From assembly GCA_965233585.1 (NCBI GenBank), contig CBDDTI010000233.1:1-24355 (forward strand): DNA of 24,355 bases, read 5' to 3'. The notes beneath the pieces were generated by a model that made no database searches, was not told where the DNA came from, and worked only from the letters and a program-made list of their open reading frames with translations. The DNA comes from a bacterium (lineage in GTDB: Bacteria; SAR324; NAC60-12). This document shows, piece by piece, positions 10,745-21,346 of this stretch; position 1 is the first letter of the stretch; each line of letters starts with the position of its first letter. A program made the translations under genes and the position numbers.

Positions 10745-13700
10745 ATGGCGTCTGAATCCTTGAAGTCCACCGTGAATGCTGTTGTTCCTTTGAATGGGAA
10801 GAATTATCCAACGTGGAAAGTACAGTGTCGAATGGCTCTGATGAAGGAAGGGTTGTGGAACATTGTTGATGGTACTGAAGCTGCTCCTGGTCCGGAGAAT
10901 GGTACACGAAGTTCCTCGCACGAAGAAATCGAGCGCTGGCGATAATCGTGCTGTCCCTTGAGCCGTCGCTGTTGTATTTAATTGGAGACCCTGAGGACCC
11001 GACCACTGTGTGGGAGAAACTGGCAAACCAATTTCAGAAGAGAACATGGGCGAACAAGCTGGAACTGAGGCGAAATCTTTTCTCTTTGCGGTTGAAGAAT
11101 GGTGGGTCCGTGCAGGAACATGTTAAGGCCATGACTGAGATCTTTGAAGGTTTGTCAGTGATTGGAGACCCAATTTCAGAAGAGGATCGTGTAGTGCATT
11201 TGCTAGCCAGTCTACCAGACTCGTACAGCATGCTGGTCACTGCTTTTGAGGCGAACGTGGAGGTTCCGAAGTTTGAAGTTGTTACTGAGCGGTTGCTGCA
11301 TGAAGAACGGAAACTAAAGGAACGAGCGGATGTTAGAGTAAGGAGCGAGAGAGCAATGACAGGGCAACAGCGATATAAAGCGAAGGGACAGAAGTGCCAC
11401 CACTGTGGAAAATTCGGTCATATCAGGCGGAACTGCAAAGAATGGGTCAGGACCAAGTCAGAAGCCAGAAGGAAACCAGAAACACCACAAGCCAGCCAGG
11501 AGACCAGAAACAAGCTGAAGGCAAATAGAGCCGAGGTGAAACGGAGAGACAGCAGCAGTTCGGATAGTGACTGTACTGGGTTGATGGTGAACCACATGAT
11601 GTCGGCGAGTTGCAATAGCCCAATGAATGATTGGATTGTGGACTCAGGAGCAGCCTGTCACATGTGCAATGATGATAAGCTGTTTGTCGAACTCCGTAGC
11701 CTGAAGAAGCCACTGGAGGTCACGCTCGGAGATGGATGCGCAGTGGAAGCGACAGGGCAAGGAACTGTTGTGTTGGAGATGGCATCAACAAGTGGCAAAA
11801 CTAGTAGATGCAAATTACATGAGGTTCTGTATGTGCCTGATCTGTCATACAACTTGCTCAGCGTATCGAAGGCAGCGGAAGCTGGAAAGGTGGTTGAGTT
11901 TGATGAAGTCAGTTGTCGAGTTTTGGATGCAAACCGGAAGCTGATCACCGCTGCCACAAGGAAAGGAAACTTACACTACCTGAACTGTTTGACTGATCGT
12001 CAACAAGCCAATGCAGCTGACAAACGAAACCAACCGACAAAGGAAGACATTTGGCATCAGCGTTATGGTCATCTGGGAGTGCAAAACCTGCGAAAGTTGG
12101 CTAAGGAGGAGCTGGTTGATGGTTTTGATTACAATTCATTGCGAGATGTTAACTTCTGCGAGCCATGTTTGGAAGGAAAACACCAGAGAAGAAAATTTCC
12201 CACCGATGGAGGCAAGCGGTCAGGTGAACTGCTGGGGTTGGTACATAGTGATGTGTGTGGAAAGATGAATGCGAAGTCCTTAAGTGGAGGTGAATACTTT
12301 CTGACATTCATTGATGACAAGTCTCGCTATGTGTGGGTTTACATCCTGAAGCACAAAGATGATGTCTTCCCATGTTTCCTTGAGTGGAAAGCTCTGGCAG
12401 AAAGATCTACAAATCAGAAGTTAAAGGCTCTACGCACTGACAATGGTGGTGAATACATGTCTACAGAGTTCCAAATGTACTTGAAGAAGGAAGGAGTTCG
12501 TCATGAACTGACTGCATGTACCGAAGACTCCTGAGCAGAATGGTGTTGCCGAAAGGATGAACCGGACACTCGTTGAAGGCGTTCGAGCTATGTTGGCTGA
12601 TGCGAGGCTGCCACATCGTTTCTGGGCAGAAGCATTGTCTACAGCTGTTTATCTTCGAAACCGAAGTCCTACAATGGCAGTTAAAGGAATGACTCCATTT
12701 GAAGCTTGGACAGGAGAGAAACCAAATGTGGGACATCTGAGAGTTTTCGGATGTGCAGCATATGCTCATGTAGCCAAAGATGATAGGAAGAAACTTGACG
12801 TAAAATCCAGGAAGTGCATTCTTCTGGGCTATGGCACTGAGACAAAGGGATACCGGATTCATGACCTAAAGCATGCTAAAGTTCTCTACAGTCGAGATGT
12901 CATATTCAATGAATCCAGTCGTGGAATTGAGGAGCTAAACGAAAAAGAAGAGAAGGACGAGACACCTTACGTAGAATCTGGTCGTCTTCCAGATCAAGAG
13001 CCTGATGAGCAGCCAGTTGCTGATGGGTTAACAGAACCTGTGCTGTCAAGACCAGAAAGGGACAGAAGGCCGCCTGACTATTATGGAGAATGGGCAGATG
13101 TCACAAGCACTGGATCAGATGAACCGAAGACTGTTAAGGAAGCACTAGCCGGTCCAGACAAAGCCAAATGGATGACTGCGACGGAGAAGGAGATGGAATC
13201 CCTTCGCACTCATGATGTCTGGGACTTAGTGGAACTGCCAAGGGACCGAAAAGCAGTTGGGAGCAAGTGGGTGTACAAGGTTAAGAAGAAAGCTGATGGA
13301 TCAGTTGAACGGTACAAAGCTAGACTTGTAGCACAAGGTTTCACTCAGAAGTTTGGAATTGATTATGATGAGACATTTTGTCCAGTTGTCCGCTTTGAAT
13401 CAGTTCGAACAGTCATCGCGTTAGCTGTGCAGAACGGCCTGAACTTGCATCAGATGGATGTTGCAACTGCTTTCCTGAATGGAGAACTGAAAGAAGAGGT
13501 GTACATGAAACAGCCAGAGGGTTTTGAAACCGTGGGCCAGGAACATTTGGTCTGTAGGCTAAAACGAAGTATCTATGGCTTGAAGCAGTCATCGAGATGC
13601 TGGAATTCTGTGCTGGATAAAAGGTTGAAGAAAATGGGTTTTATGCAGACAGACAGCGACCCATGCATCTACGTGGCTACAGAAGGAGAAATGTTTGTAA

Positions 13701-14683
13701 TTGCTGTTCATGTTGACGACATTGTGTTGGCCACTAAGAGTGATAAGCGGATGGCAGAAGTCAAGAAAGGTCTTGCTGAGGGGTTCGAAGTCAAGGTTAT
13801 GGGAGAGCTCCACCATTTCCTGGGTGTTAAGGTGATTCAGAACCCACAGACTGGAGAAGTGTGGATCGGTCAAGAAGCTTATGCTCAAAGAGTCCTGCAG
13901 ATATTTGGAATGGAGAATGCCAAACCACTCCATACACCAGCAGATGCCAGCTTGAAACTTGTGAAGACAACCGAGGACTGTGAGAACGTTGATCAAGTAC
14001 AGTTCCAATCGACAGTTGGTAGTCTGCTGTACCTGTCAATAATGACAAGACCAGATATTACGTATGCTGTTAGCAACGTGGCCAAGTTTTGTGCAAGTCC
14101 TTCCAAACAACACTGGACTGCTGTTAAACGGATTATGCGCTACCTGAAGGGGACTTTGTCCTTGGGACTTCTTTACGGGAAAGATGGATCAAGTGACTGT
14201 ATTAGATACTGTGATGCTGACTGGGCTGGAGACATGGATGATCGCAAGTCAGCGTCAGGATATATGTTCCAGATCAGTGGTGCAGCAATCAGCTGGAGAA
14301 GCAAGAAACAGCCGTGCTTAGCACTTTCGACCGCGGAAGCTGAGTACATTGCATTGGCAAGTGCAGCACAAGAAGCAATCTGGATGCGACAATTGCTGAC
14401 AGATGTAAGAAATCCCCCGAGAGAACCAACCAGGATTTTTGAAGATAACCAATCAGCTATTTGTCTGGCCAAGAATCCTCAGTTCCATGGACGAGCCAAA
14501 CACATTGGGATCAAGTACCACGTCATTCGAGAACAAGTAGAGAAGGGGACTGTGGAACTGCAGTACTGTCCCACAGAGGAAATGATTGCTGACATGCTCA
14601 CCAAAGGACTGAATCGAGATCGATTCATAAAGCTACGGCTGATGTCCGGACTGATAAAGATGCCTGATTTCCTTTGCGAGTGA
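10745..14683 (+). pseudogene. Copia gag-pol polyprotein with two frameshifts (~10900, ~12514)
   Basis: MASESLK...LNGKNYPTWK. Knuckle CHHCGKFGHIRRNC. Protease WIVDSGAACHM. IWHQRYGH...CEPC. Integrase LVHSDVCG, LRTDNGGEY, TPEQNGVAER. RT YKARLVAQG, QMDVATAFL, YGLKQS, HVDD. RNase H DADWAGD and ADMLTK. Stop TGA at 14681-14683. Confidence 0.96.
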
Positions 14684-14690
14684 GAAGGAG
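14678..14690 (+). promoter_or_regulatory. Copia polypurine tract overlapping the pol stop codon
   Basis: GAGTGAGAAGGAG directly before the 3' LTR. Confidence 0.85.
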
Positions 14691-15021
14691 TGTTGAAAAA
14701 TTACATTATTTTTGAACTACACTCTTACGAAATGCAGACTCTTGACTCTTTTCATTTCATTGATGCTAACTTAAGTTTATTCTTAGGATTTTCTGACTGC
14801 TAAGTTTGGGGCATTTAAGAACTATCTAGAATTTTCCCGGAGTTTTACTGTACCGATTTTAACAAGTTTTTGTAGATTGCGTGGCAAGTCCCTCGTCAGT
14901 TTTTTCCTCGTCAGCTTTTTGTAATTGCGTCAGATTAAAAACTTTTGACTTGACTGTTTGATAGTTTGTCGTTGGTGTTTTCTTGTCCACGGCGGGGTGG
15001 TTTTTGCGACGTTTTTCAACA
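14691..15021 (+). repeat. Copia 3' LTR
   Basis: Direct repeat of 10302-10632. Confidence 0.98.
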
Positions 15022-15029
15022 TACCTGTG

Positions 15030-15249
15030 ATCGGTACGAAGCCTCTCTGTCCTCTCCAGTTTCCATAAGATCATGGTATTGCTTAAAAGCTTGATTCAAA
15101 TCTTCTTTCAACGAATCGAGTTCCTCTGCTTCAGATGTGAGAATTTCGATATCCTTTAGCTCTTCAAGCAGAAAGTTTGCTTTCTTCATTTGCCTTATCA
15201 AGCGTTTCTTTGCTGCATCTCTGTGATGCCTCAAGGTTTCTATCATGTA
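15030..15249 (-). pseudogene. Stranded middle piece of BEL gag N-terminus
   Basis: MIETLRHHRDAAKKRL...METGEDREASYR joins in frame to both neighbouring gag pieces once the MITE and foldback are removed. Confidence 0.9.
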
Positions 15250-16056
15250 CCTTATTCGTACTAATTTTCGCGAGGCTTTAATTTCGCGATTTTCGCGATT
15301 TGTAAAAAATCGCGAAATTAAAGACTCGCTAAAATTAGGATACGCGAAAATTAAACACGCGAAATTTAATACACTTCTATAATTGCTTTAATCAATGATT
15401 AACTGCGTTCACAGCTACATGGTAATTGTCATTAGTCTATTTATCATCTACTTCAGCTCTTTCTTCATCTGAATCACTCATTTCTTCTTCTTGTACATAT
15501 AGCTCTTTTAAAACATCTTTCGTGCAGTCATCAAAATGTCCATTTAGGTCAGGCTCTTTATAATTAGCTAACACAAGCTCTTTGTATTTGTCAATTATCA
15601 ATCTGTTCTTTGCTGGGGCTTCGATATAGACAGTGCACCACAGTAATAATATAGACATTATTCATCTATAGTTTTGTTCTGTTTCAAGGGTGTTAAGCAT
15701 TTATAATCATTACAGAACTGTGTGGCTTAGGTATTTGAAATTATATTTTTACAATTGACTTTTATTAGTACTATATTGCAGTAGCATCTGATTGATTGGC
15801 AGTATTTGCTTGTTTTGTCTGATTATCAACGCTATTTCTTTTACGTAATTGTAAATCATGATTGTAACTCAATCGTTATTTAAGTGATCAATCAATAAAA
15901 AAAAACGGTTTTCTAAGTCTGTCTATTGTCAATTTTCGCGAAATTAAATGCCCTAAATTTGTCATTTTTTGCAAAATCGCGAAAATTAATGCTCGCGAAA
16001 TATTCGTGTTCCAAATTCGCGAAATTAAGTGCCCGCGAAAATTAGTACGAATAAGG
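15250..16056. mobile_element. TA-flanked MITE, Tc1/mariner-pogo type (807 bp)
   Basis: Perfect 23-bp TIR ccttattcgtactaattttcgcg, extending imperfectly to ~40 bp. TA at 15248-15249 and 16057-16058. Multiple subterminal TTTCGCG/CGCGAAA motifs. Removal restores ...TEKGKEY|MIETL. Confidence 0.92.
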
Positions 16057-16232
16057 TATTCCTTTCCTTTTTCAGTTAACGTCCGTTTCCGGTCATGGGT
16101 AGAAAGGTCACGCGTAGCGCCATCGCTTTCTTGTAATTGCATGATAAACTCTTCGCTTCCACGTACATCATGCGACGAACTTAACAAATTGCTAATAATA
16201 TCTTTTGTACTTCCTTGGTCAGTTACACTCAT
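16057..16232 (-). pseudogene. Start of BEL gag ORF
   Basis: ATG 62 nt downstream of the 5' LTR. MSVTDQG...RKRTLTEKGKEY; the RxxTEKG motif is typical of BEL gag N-termini. Confidence 0.85.
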
Positions 16233-16294
16233 GTTCTCGCCTTAATTGCTCATCCTAATCCTTGAAGATGATCAACACGGTGGAGATATTTTAC

Positions 16295-17050
16295 TGTTAC
16301 GACAGCGACTATCGAGGATTGCAATGCAAGATCAAGACGTGTCGCGAGTCAAGGGGGGCGTAATTTACTGAGACAAAGACTCCAACTTGAAGACAGTGAA
16401 ATTGGGTTTATTTCGGGTCAACGAGGAGGGTTCGATGATGCTCGTAAACTGAAAATAATGTTTACAAAATACAATTAAATATAGGGCTAAAATAAACTAA
16501 ATACAAACTACTGTTGAAATTTGGGGGCGGAACCCCAATTCGCATAATAACAATTCGACATTGAAATAATAATGTTCCGCACATGAAGGGTAATCAACTA
16601 ACTGGAAATGAAATATTGATAAACTTAAGGAACCGAAACATGCTTGAAACAATACAAATGGTACTTAAGAAATAAACATGAAATTACAGGTTCCGTTCAT
16701 AATGCTTCGAACAGACTACTTATTTGCATACGCACGAGGGAAAAACAATAACAATGGATTTGAACTAAAATTGAATCGTACAACAATTAAATCGATAAGA
16801 ATTACATTAACATAACAGAGAAACAAAATCACTTACATATCTGACCCACACAGTAGAAATACTCCAGGAGAAGAGTGCAAAAAAGGCGACTTGACTTGAA
16901 CGCGTGGCTTAACACTTCTTATTCTACACAACTTTGGCCAAGACGGCGTGACCTAAGTTGCGCAGTACCATAAGCCTTAGCGAGCATTGCGAATGAAAGA
17001 AAGTAAACGAAAAACGGGAACTAAAAGAAATAAAATAGACAATCTTAACA
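16295..17050 (-). repeat. 5' LTR of BEL/Pao element (756 bp)
   Basis: Direct repeat of 2262-3031, TGTTA...TAACA, followed by TSD CACAT. Confidence 0.97.
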
Positions 17051-17226
17051 CACATACCTGTCTTTTTATACTGTTGATCTTTCCCCCCTTCTCCTCCTCC
17101 CCTACCCAGCAACAATGTTCACAGTTATCGAGCATATCAACATGATTGCATTTTTTATTTTTCTGCACTTCAATTGTATATTCACAGAACAAATTGTAGC
17201 TCTAATTTTACAATAACTTTTGTTAG

Positions 17227-17326
17227 AAACAAAAGATACAGGAGGATTCAATACCACATGGTTGTAGGCTAATTGATCTAGACGAACTCAGAAATGGTTT
17301 GAAATCTTGTCAAGTATGTAAATCAG
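17227..17326 (+). pseudogene. Exon 2 of transposase-exonuclease gene (not in the ORF track)
   Basis: ttttgttAG|AAACAA...AAATCAG|GTGAGA, 100 nt, encoding KQKIQEDSIPHGCRLIDLDELRNGLKSCQVCKS. Its phase-1 end fits exon 3, and it supplies the first CxxC pair. Confidence 0.75.
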
Positions 17327-17795
17327 GTGAGAAAATTGAAATTATTTCAAGTCAATGTTTTCTTCATGTGTGCTGATGAATTTCTTCTAATACAACAAAA
17401 ATAGATGTTTCAATATACCAGCAACTGAGAAAATATAGGACAGAAACAGGTCAACCCAGCATTTGACATACATGAGTAAGACTCAGGGTGGGACTATCAG
17501 GTGACAACTCCTTTAGTCACACAGTCCTCTCATAACACTAGGTTTGGATAACATGAAAATTTATAAAACTGATAAAACGTGACTGCAGTTGCATAGTGTA
17601 ATAAATATATTTCTTTTCAAGCAAGCACAGTTCTGCCTTCTGAGGAAAAATGTGAATTCAACAATTTCAAACTAGTCACACTTCTATTTCCTTGTTTCAG
17701 TTTTATGATACAAAAAGCAAATGAAATAAAACAAGACAACTTTTATTTACACCCCTAAATTAAAAGTCATACTATAAAGGACTAAATCCACTTAA

Positions 17796-18443
17796 GGTGA
17801 TTCCCTAGTTTTGCATTGCACGTTCCTACTGCGCACGATTTTCGCGTCATCAGCGCGCGTGCATGAGCGCGCGCGCATGAGCGCGCGCGCGTACAAAACG
17901 TAAGAGATTTCCCTCAAATTAAGCTCGATAGCGAGATAAATTCCCCTTTTCTCTTAAACGAGCACGGTGACCCCCACTTTTTATTTTATAAATTCAGTGA
18001 GAACAATATCCTCAATAACTGAGAAAAAAATTGGCAGAAATCTATGGCTACTTTTTTGGCAAATGAAGGAAATGCTACAGATAGAGACATAACGGGCCCA
18101 ACAGAGTAAGTCCAAATTATGTTTCCTTTAAAGGATAAAAATATTTATTAATAATGCAGGGTATTTGAAGCCATTTTCTCTGGGATGTAGATGAATAAAC
18201 AATCAAAGAAAGTCGAACTCTAAGTGATATAACACGCCGCATTGGAAAATAACCGCTCTTATTTGTTGCGCACGGATATCACCAAAAGTCACCTTAATAA
18301 CCGTATTTGTCAGCATTGTGGCGTGAAAACAAGCACGGTGACCCCCTCTTTTTATTACGTTTTTAATATCCCCTTGTCTTGTAACATCAACATACCAAGT
18401 TTCATCGGAAATCTATGGTGGGTTCTTTTACTAGAGAATCACC
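17796..18443. mobile_element. Non-autonomous Kolobok-type element (648 bp) in intron 2
   Basis: TTAA at 17792-17795 and 18444-18447. TIR ggtgattccctagt vs ggtgattctctagt (13/14). Internal direct repeats agcacggtgaccccc (~17961, ~18332) and gaaatctatgg (~18037, ~18408). Confidence 0.88.
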
Positions 18444-18594
18444 TTAATAAACTATACAGGAATAAACCCAGAAGATAGTCAGACTCTGTACATGAAATTT
18501 ATGTAGTTACACAATTTGATTTAACGTGTTAGCAATTTCAACAAAAAGTCATCTGCTATTCCATTCATGGTGTCTTTCATGGTTTAATTTGTAG

Positions 18595-21172
18595 CACCAT
18601 TGTCATTACGCAATGTAACGGAAGAAAGGAGATTTGGGCTGGGCTCTGTGTTCACAGTCAGTTGTACTTCGTGTGGAGAAAAAAATAATGTGAAGACATC
18701 ATCAGAGCACAGAAGTGGTCAGCGAGGTCCCCCTACATACAACATAAATTCCCGGGCAGTTCTCGGTTGCCTTCATACTGGGATTGGCAATACTCACCTA
18801 AACAATCTGTTATCAACACTTAATGTCCCAACTATCAACCCTGTGACATTCAAGAGTAGAGAAAGGAAGATAGGAACTGCTGTTGAAAAAGTGGCACGAA
18901 AAAGCTGTCTGGAAAATATGGCTTTAGAAAGAAAACTAGCTTTAGATGGTGGGGCAACAGCAGACAGTGATGGCTTTGTTAGTGTTTCGTGCTCGTATGA
19001 TATGGGATGGCAGAAGAGGGACCGGGGGCATAATTCTTCCTCAGGGCATGGAGCAGTTACGGGATTAACAACTGGCAAAGTCCTAGATTTTGCAACAAAA
19101 ACTAAGACATGCAGAATTTGCAAAAATGCTATGAAAGCAGGAAAAAAGGCAACTGCTCATGACTGCCATCTAAATCACTCTGCCTCCTCTAAGGCAATGG
19201 AGCCACAGGCAGCCATTGATTTATTCACACGCAACCTCAAATCTAATGTCAAGCTGTCTGTTTACAATGGTGATGACGACTCAACTACGGCTGCGCACAT
19301 CAAACAAAAAGTTCCATATCCAGTTGAGAAATGGACTTACATTGTACATGCAAAACGATCTCTATCCACGAGGCTTTACAATTTGGCACAAAGGGGAAAA
19401 TTTGCAAATTCATCAGTTCTTTCGCAAAGAGTAGTTGGTTACTTGTAAAATGTTTCAGCTACTGCATTACTCAAAACAAAGGAAATCCCTCAGCCCTTCA
19501 AAAAGAACTGAAGAGCATCGTTCCTCACGCATTTGGCAATCATGAATGTTGCAATGAATCCTGGTGCAGAGCTAAACAAGATCCACTTAATTACAAACAC
19601 TCTGAACTTCCCTATGGGAAAGATCTCTTTGGAGATCAATTACGAAAATCAATTAAGGCAATTTTTGATGAATACTGCACGGATCTGGTGGTAAAAAAAA
19701 CTTTCACCAGCTGCAAACTCCGAACGAAACGAGGCTCTAAATAGTGTAATTGGATCCAAAAACCCTAAAATTAGGTTCTATGGAGGTAGTTCAAGTAACG
19801 ACTTTAGGGCGGCCTGTGGGATTCTCAACCAAACTTAGGATATCACCATATCAGTCAAACACTCGACAGTCTTAATATTGAACCTGGAGATCATTGCCTT
19901 AATCACATTGACAAAATGGAACACAACGCCAACCTAAATAAGCTAAGGAAATCAAATCTTGATTTCAAACGTCCAACTACACAACAACAAATTGAAATCT
20001 GATGGCAATGAAGAAGCTAAAGAAGGCCCAATGTACCAAAGAAACATTGGACTGAACCTCGATCCGAATAAACCTGATAAAGTGGCAAATGAAATTGATG
20101 TCAACATTAAAATCACCAAAGTGGAGTTACAGCATTTTGAAAAATTCTTAGCAGAACTGACTGTCAGACCTGTGGCTGCGCAACATCCTTTTAGCGGAAA
20201 CAATGTTTACAACTTTATAATCTTTGACATTGAAACCAACACTTTAGGAAAAACGGCAGAAATTTGTCAATTGTCAGCATTAGATGGATCTGGATTACTT
20301 TAGTTTAACGAGTACGTTCTCCCATCCAAGGATGCTGATATTCATGCATCTAGAGTAAATAAACTGAGTGTTCGACGAGTTAATGGAGCCAGAACGCTAT
20401 GCAAAGAAGACAACCCAGTTACGTCTATTCTCATCGATAAGGCAATAGAAAATTTCTTGACATTCCTACAACGAACTGCTCAAAGTGTAAAGTCTGGTGA
20501 CGAACAAACCTATACGGTATTAATTGGCCACAACTCGCAAGTCTTCGATACGCCTACTCTTCTTCGTCAAGGTGGAAACCAGTTCTGCCAAAGCCTGTCG
20601 TCCTTAAACGTGCTTTTCTCTGACAGTCTTCCCTTGATGAAGAAACTTGTGAAATGTAAACATCCGTCACTGATGTCAACAGATGGTTCGACTGTAAAAA
20701 CCAACCAAGCGTCAATTTACCAGAAGCTGTTCCACCGAACTTTCCCTGCGCATGATGCAATGGAAGACGTAAGAGCACTAAGAAAAATCCTGTTCAATTC
20801 CAGCCTCAACGTTAGCGACGAGATGTTAACGGAGATCATGTGCACCACAAAACACGCAGAAAACGACATGAAGTACCTCGATCACCGCCATGCGCTAGTC
20901 CAGACTTTTAAACGTAAACTTTACCAACCAACCGATCCATCTTTTCCTATCAAACAACAAATAGTCGAGAAAATCGCAGGAACTGGACTTTCGTATCAAC
21001 ATCTGGAAGATATTTTTGAGAAATTTGGAGAGAAGGCACTGATTGGCGTGTTGTCGCTTCCGCAGCAGCGAACAAATCTCCTCGTGTCACCAAGACAAAA
21101 CGAATCCTGGCCAGTATCGTTGAACACTTTCAAAAGAAGAAAGCCAGAATTCAACAGACAGAAAATCCATGA
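18595..21172 (+). pseudogene. Exon 3: DDE transposase core (Mutator-like/Kolobok type) fused to a DEDDh 3'-5' exonuclease
   Basis: Acceptor ttgtAG|CACCA. GLGSVFTVSCTSC, YNINSRAV, SYDMGWQKR (D ~18999), CRIC...HDCHLNH...SSKAMEP, GDDDS (D ~19272), VPHAFGNHECC..WC, SERNEALNS (E ~19731). Then FDIET (20226), IGHNSQVFD, HDAMED (20751), and a tail PRVTKTKRILASIVEHF ending at TGA 21172. Frameshifts near 19445, 19700, 19823, 19972 and 21065, and an in-frame TAG at 20301. Confidence 0.88.
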
Positions 21173-21260
21173 ACTTTTACGTTTTGAAGGTAAGCTGTCG
21201 CAAGAAAAGTCTAATTTCTTTCCCCGAAATAAGCGCCACGTGCGATCTCTGAAGCCGTAC

Positions 21261-21346
21261 ATTCTCGTCCCCAGAGGCCGCGCTCCTTTTGGTCAGCACC
21301 AAGAATCGCGACCTCTGGCCTTCACAGCGGTCAAACGACTGGGAAC
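21261..21346. repeat. Short GC-rich hairpin repeat, probable MITE fragment
   Basis: Imperfect stem-loop 21271-21318 (ccagagg/cctctgg, cgcg/cgcg, ttggt/accaa) inside attctcgtccccag...ctgggaac. Confidence 0.55.

Larger units (their letters stand above)
10302..15021 (+). mobile_element. Full-length Ty1/Copia LTR retrotransposon (4720 bp)
   Basis: 331-bp LTRs TGTTGAAAAA...TTTTTCAACA. TSD TACCT at 10297-10301 and 15022-15026. Domain order gag-PR-IN-RT-RH. Confidence 0.98.
9128..15029. mobile_element. Foldback-type non-autonomous DNA transposon (native length ~1177 bp), probably P superfamily, interrupted by Copia
   Basis: Ends CACAGGTA (9128) and TACCTGTG (15029), flanked by an exact 8-bp TSD ATCGGTAC (9120-9127, 15030-15037). 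Removing it restores the gag frame: ...GEDREASYR|YFDLIDREF. The superfamily call is inferred from CANRG-like termini plus the 8-bp TSD; hAT is not excluded. Confidence 0.9.
2262..17050 (-). mobile_element. Full-length BEL/Pao LTR retrotransposon, degenerate, with nested insertions
   Basis: Two near-identical LTRs with TG...CA ends. 5-bp TSD CACAT at 2257-2261 and 17051-17055. Minus-strand order gag-PR-RT-RH-IN with Pao-type motifs. Confidence 0.97.

Noticed and set aside
12510..12522. 4-nt insertion in Copia integrase as a Tc1 excision footprint
   Set aside because: It lacks the duplicated TA expected of such a footprint.
3085..14472. Many short antisense and off-frame ORFs over the two retrotransposons
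   Set aside because: Shadow ORFs of gag-pol with no recognisable motifs; no env-like gene is present.
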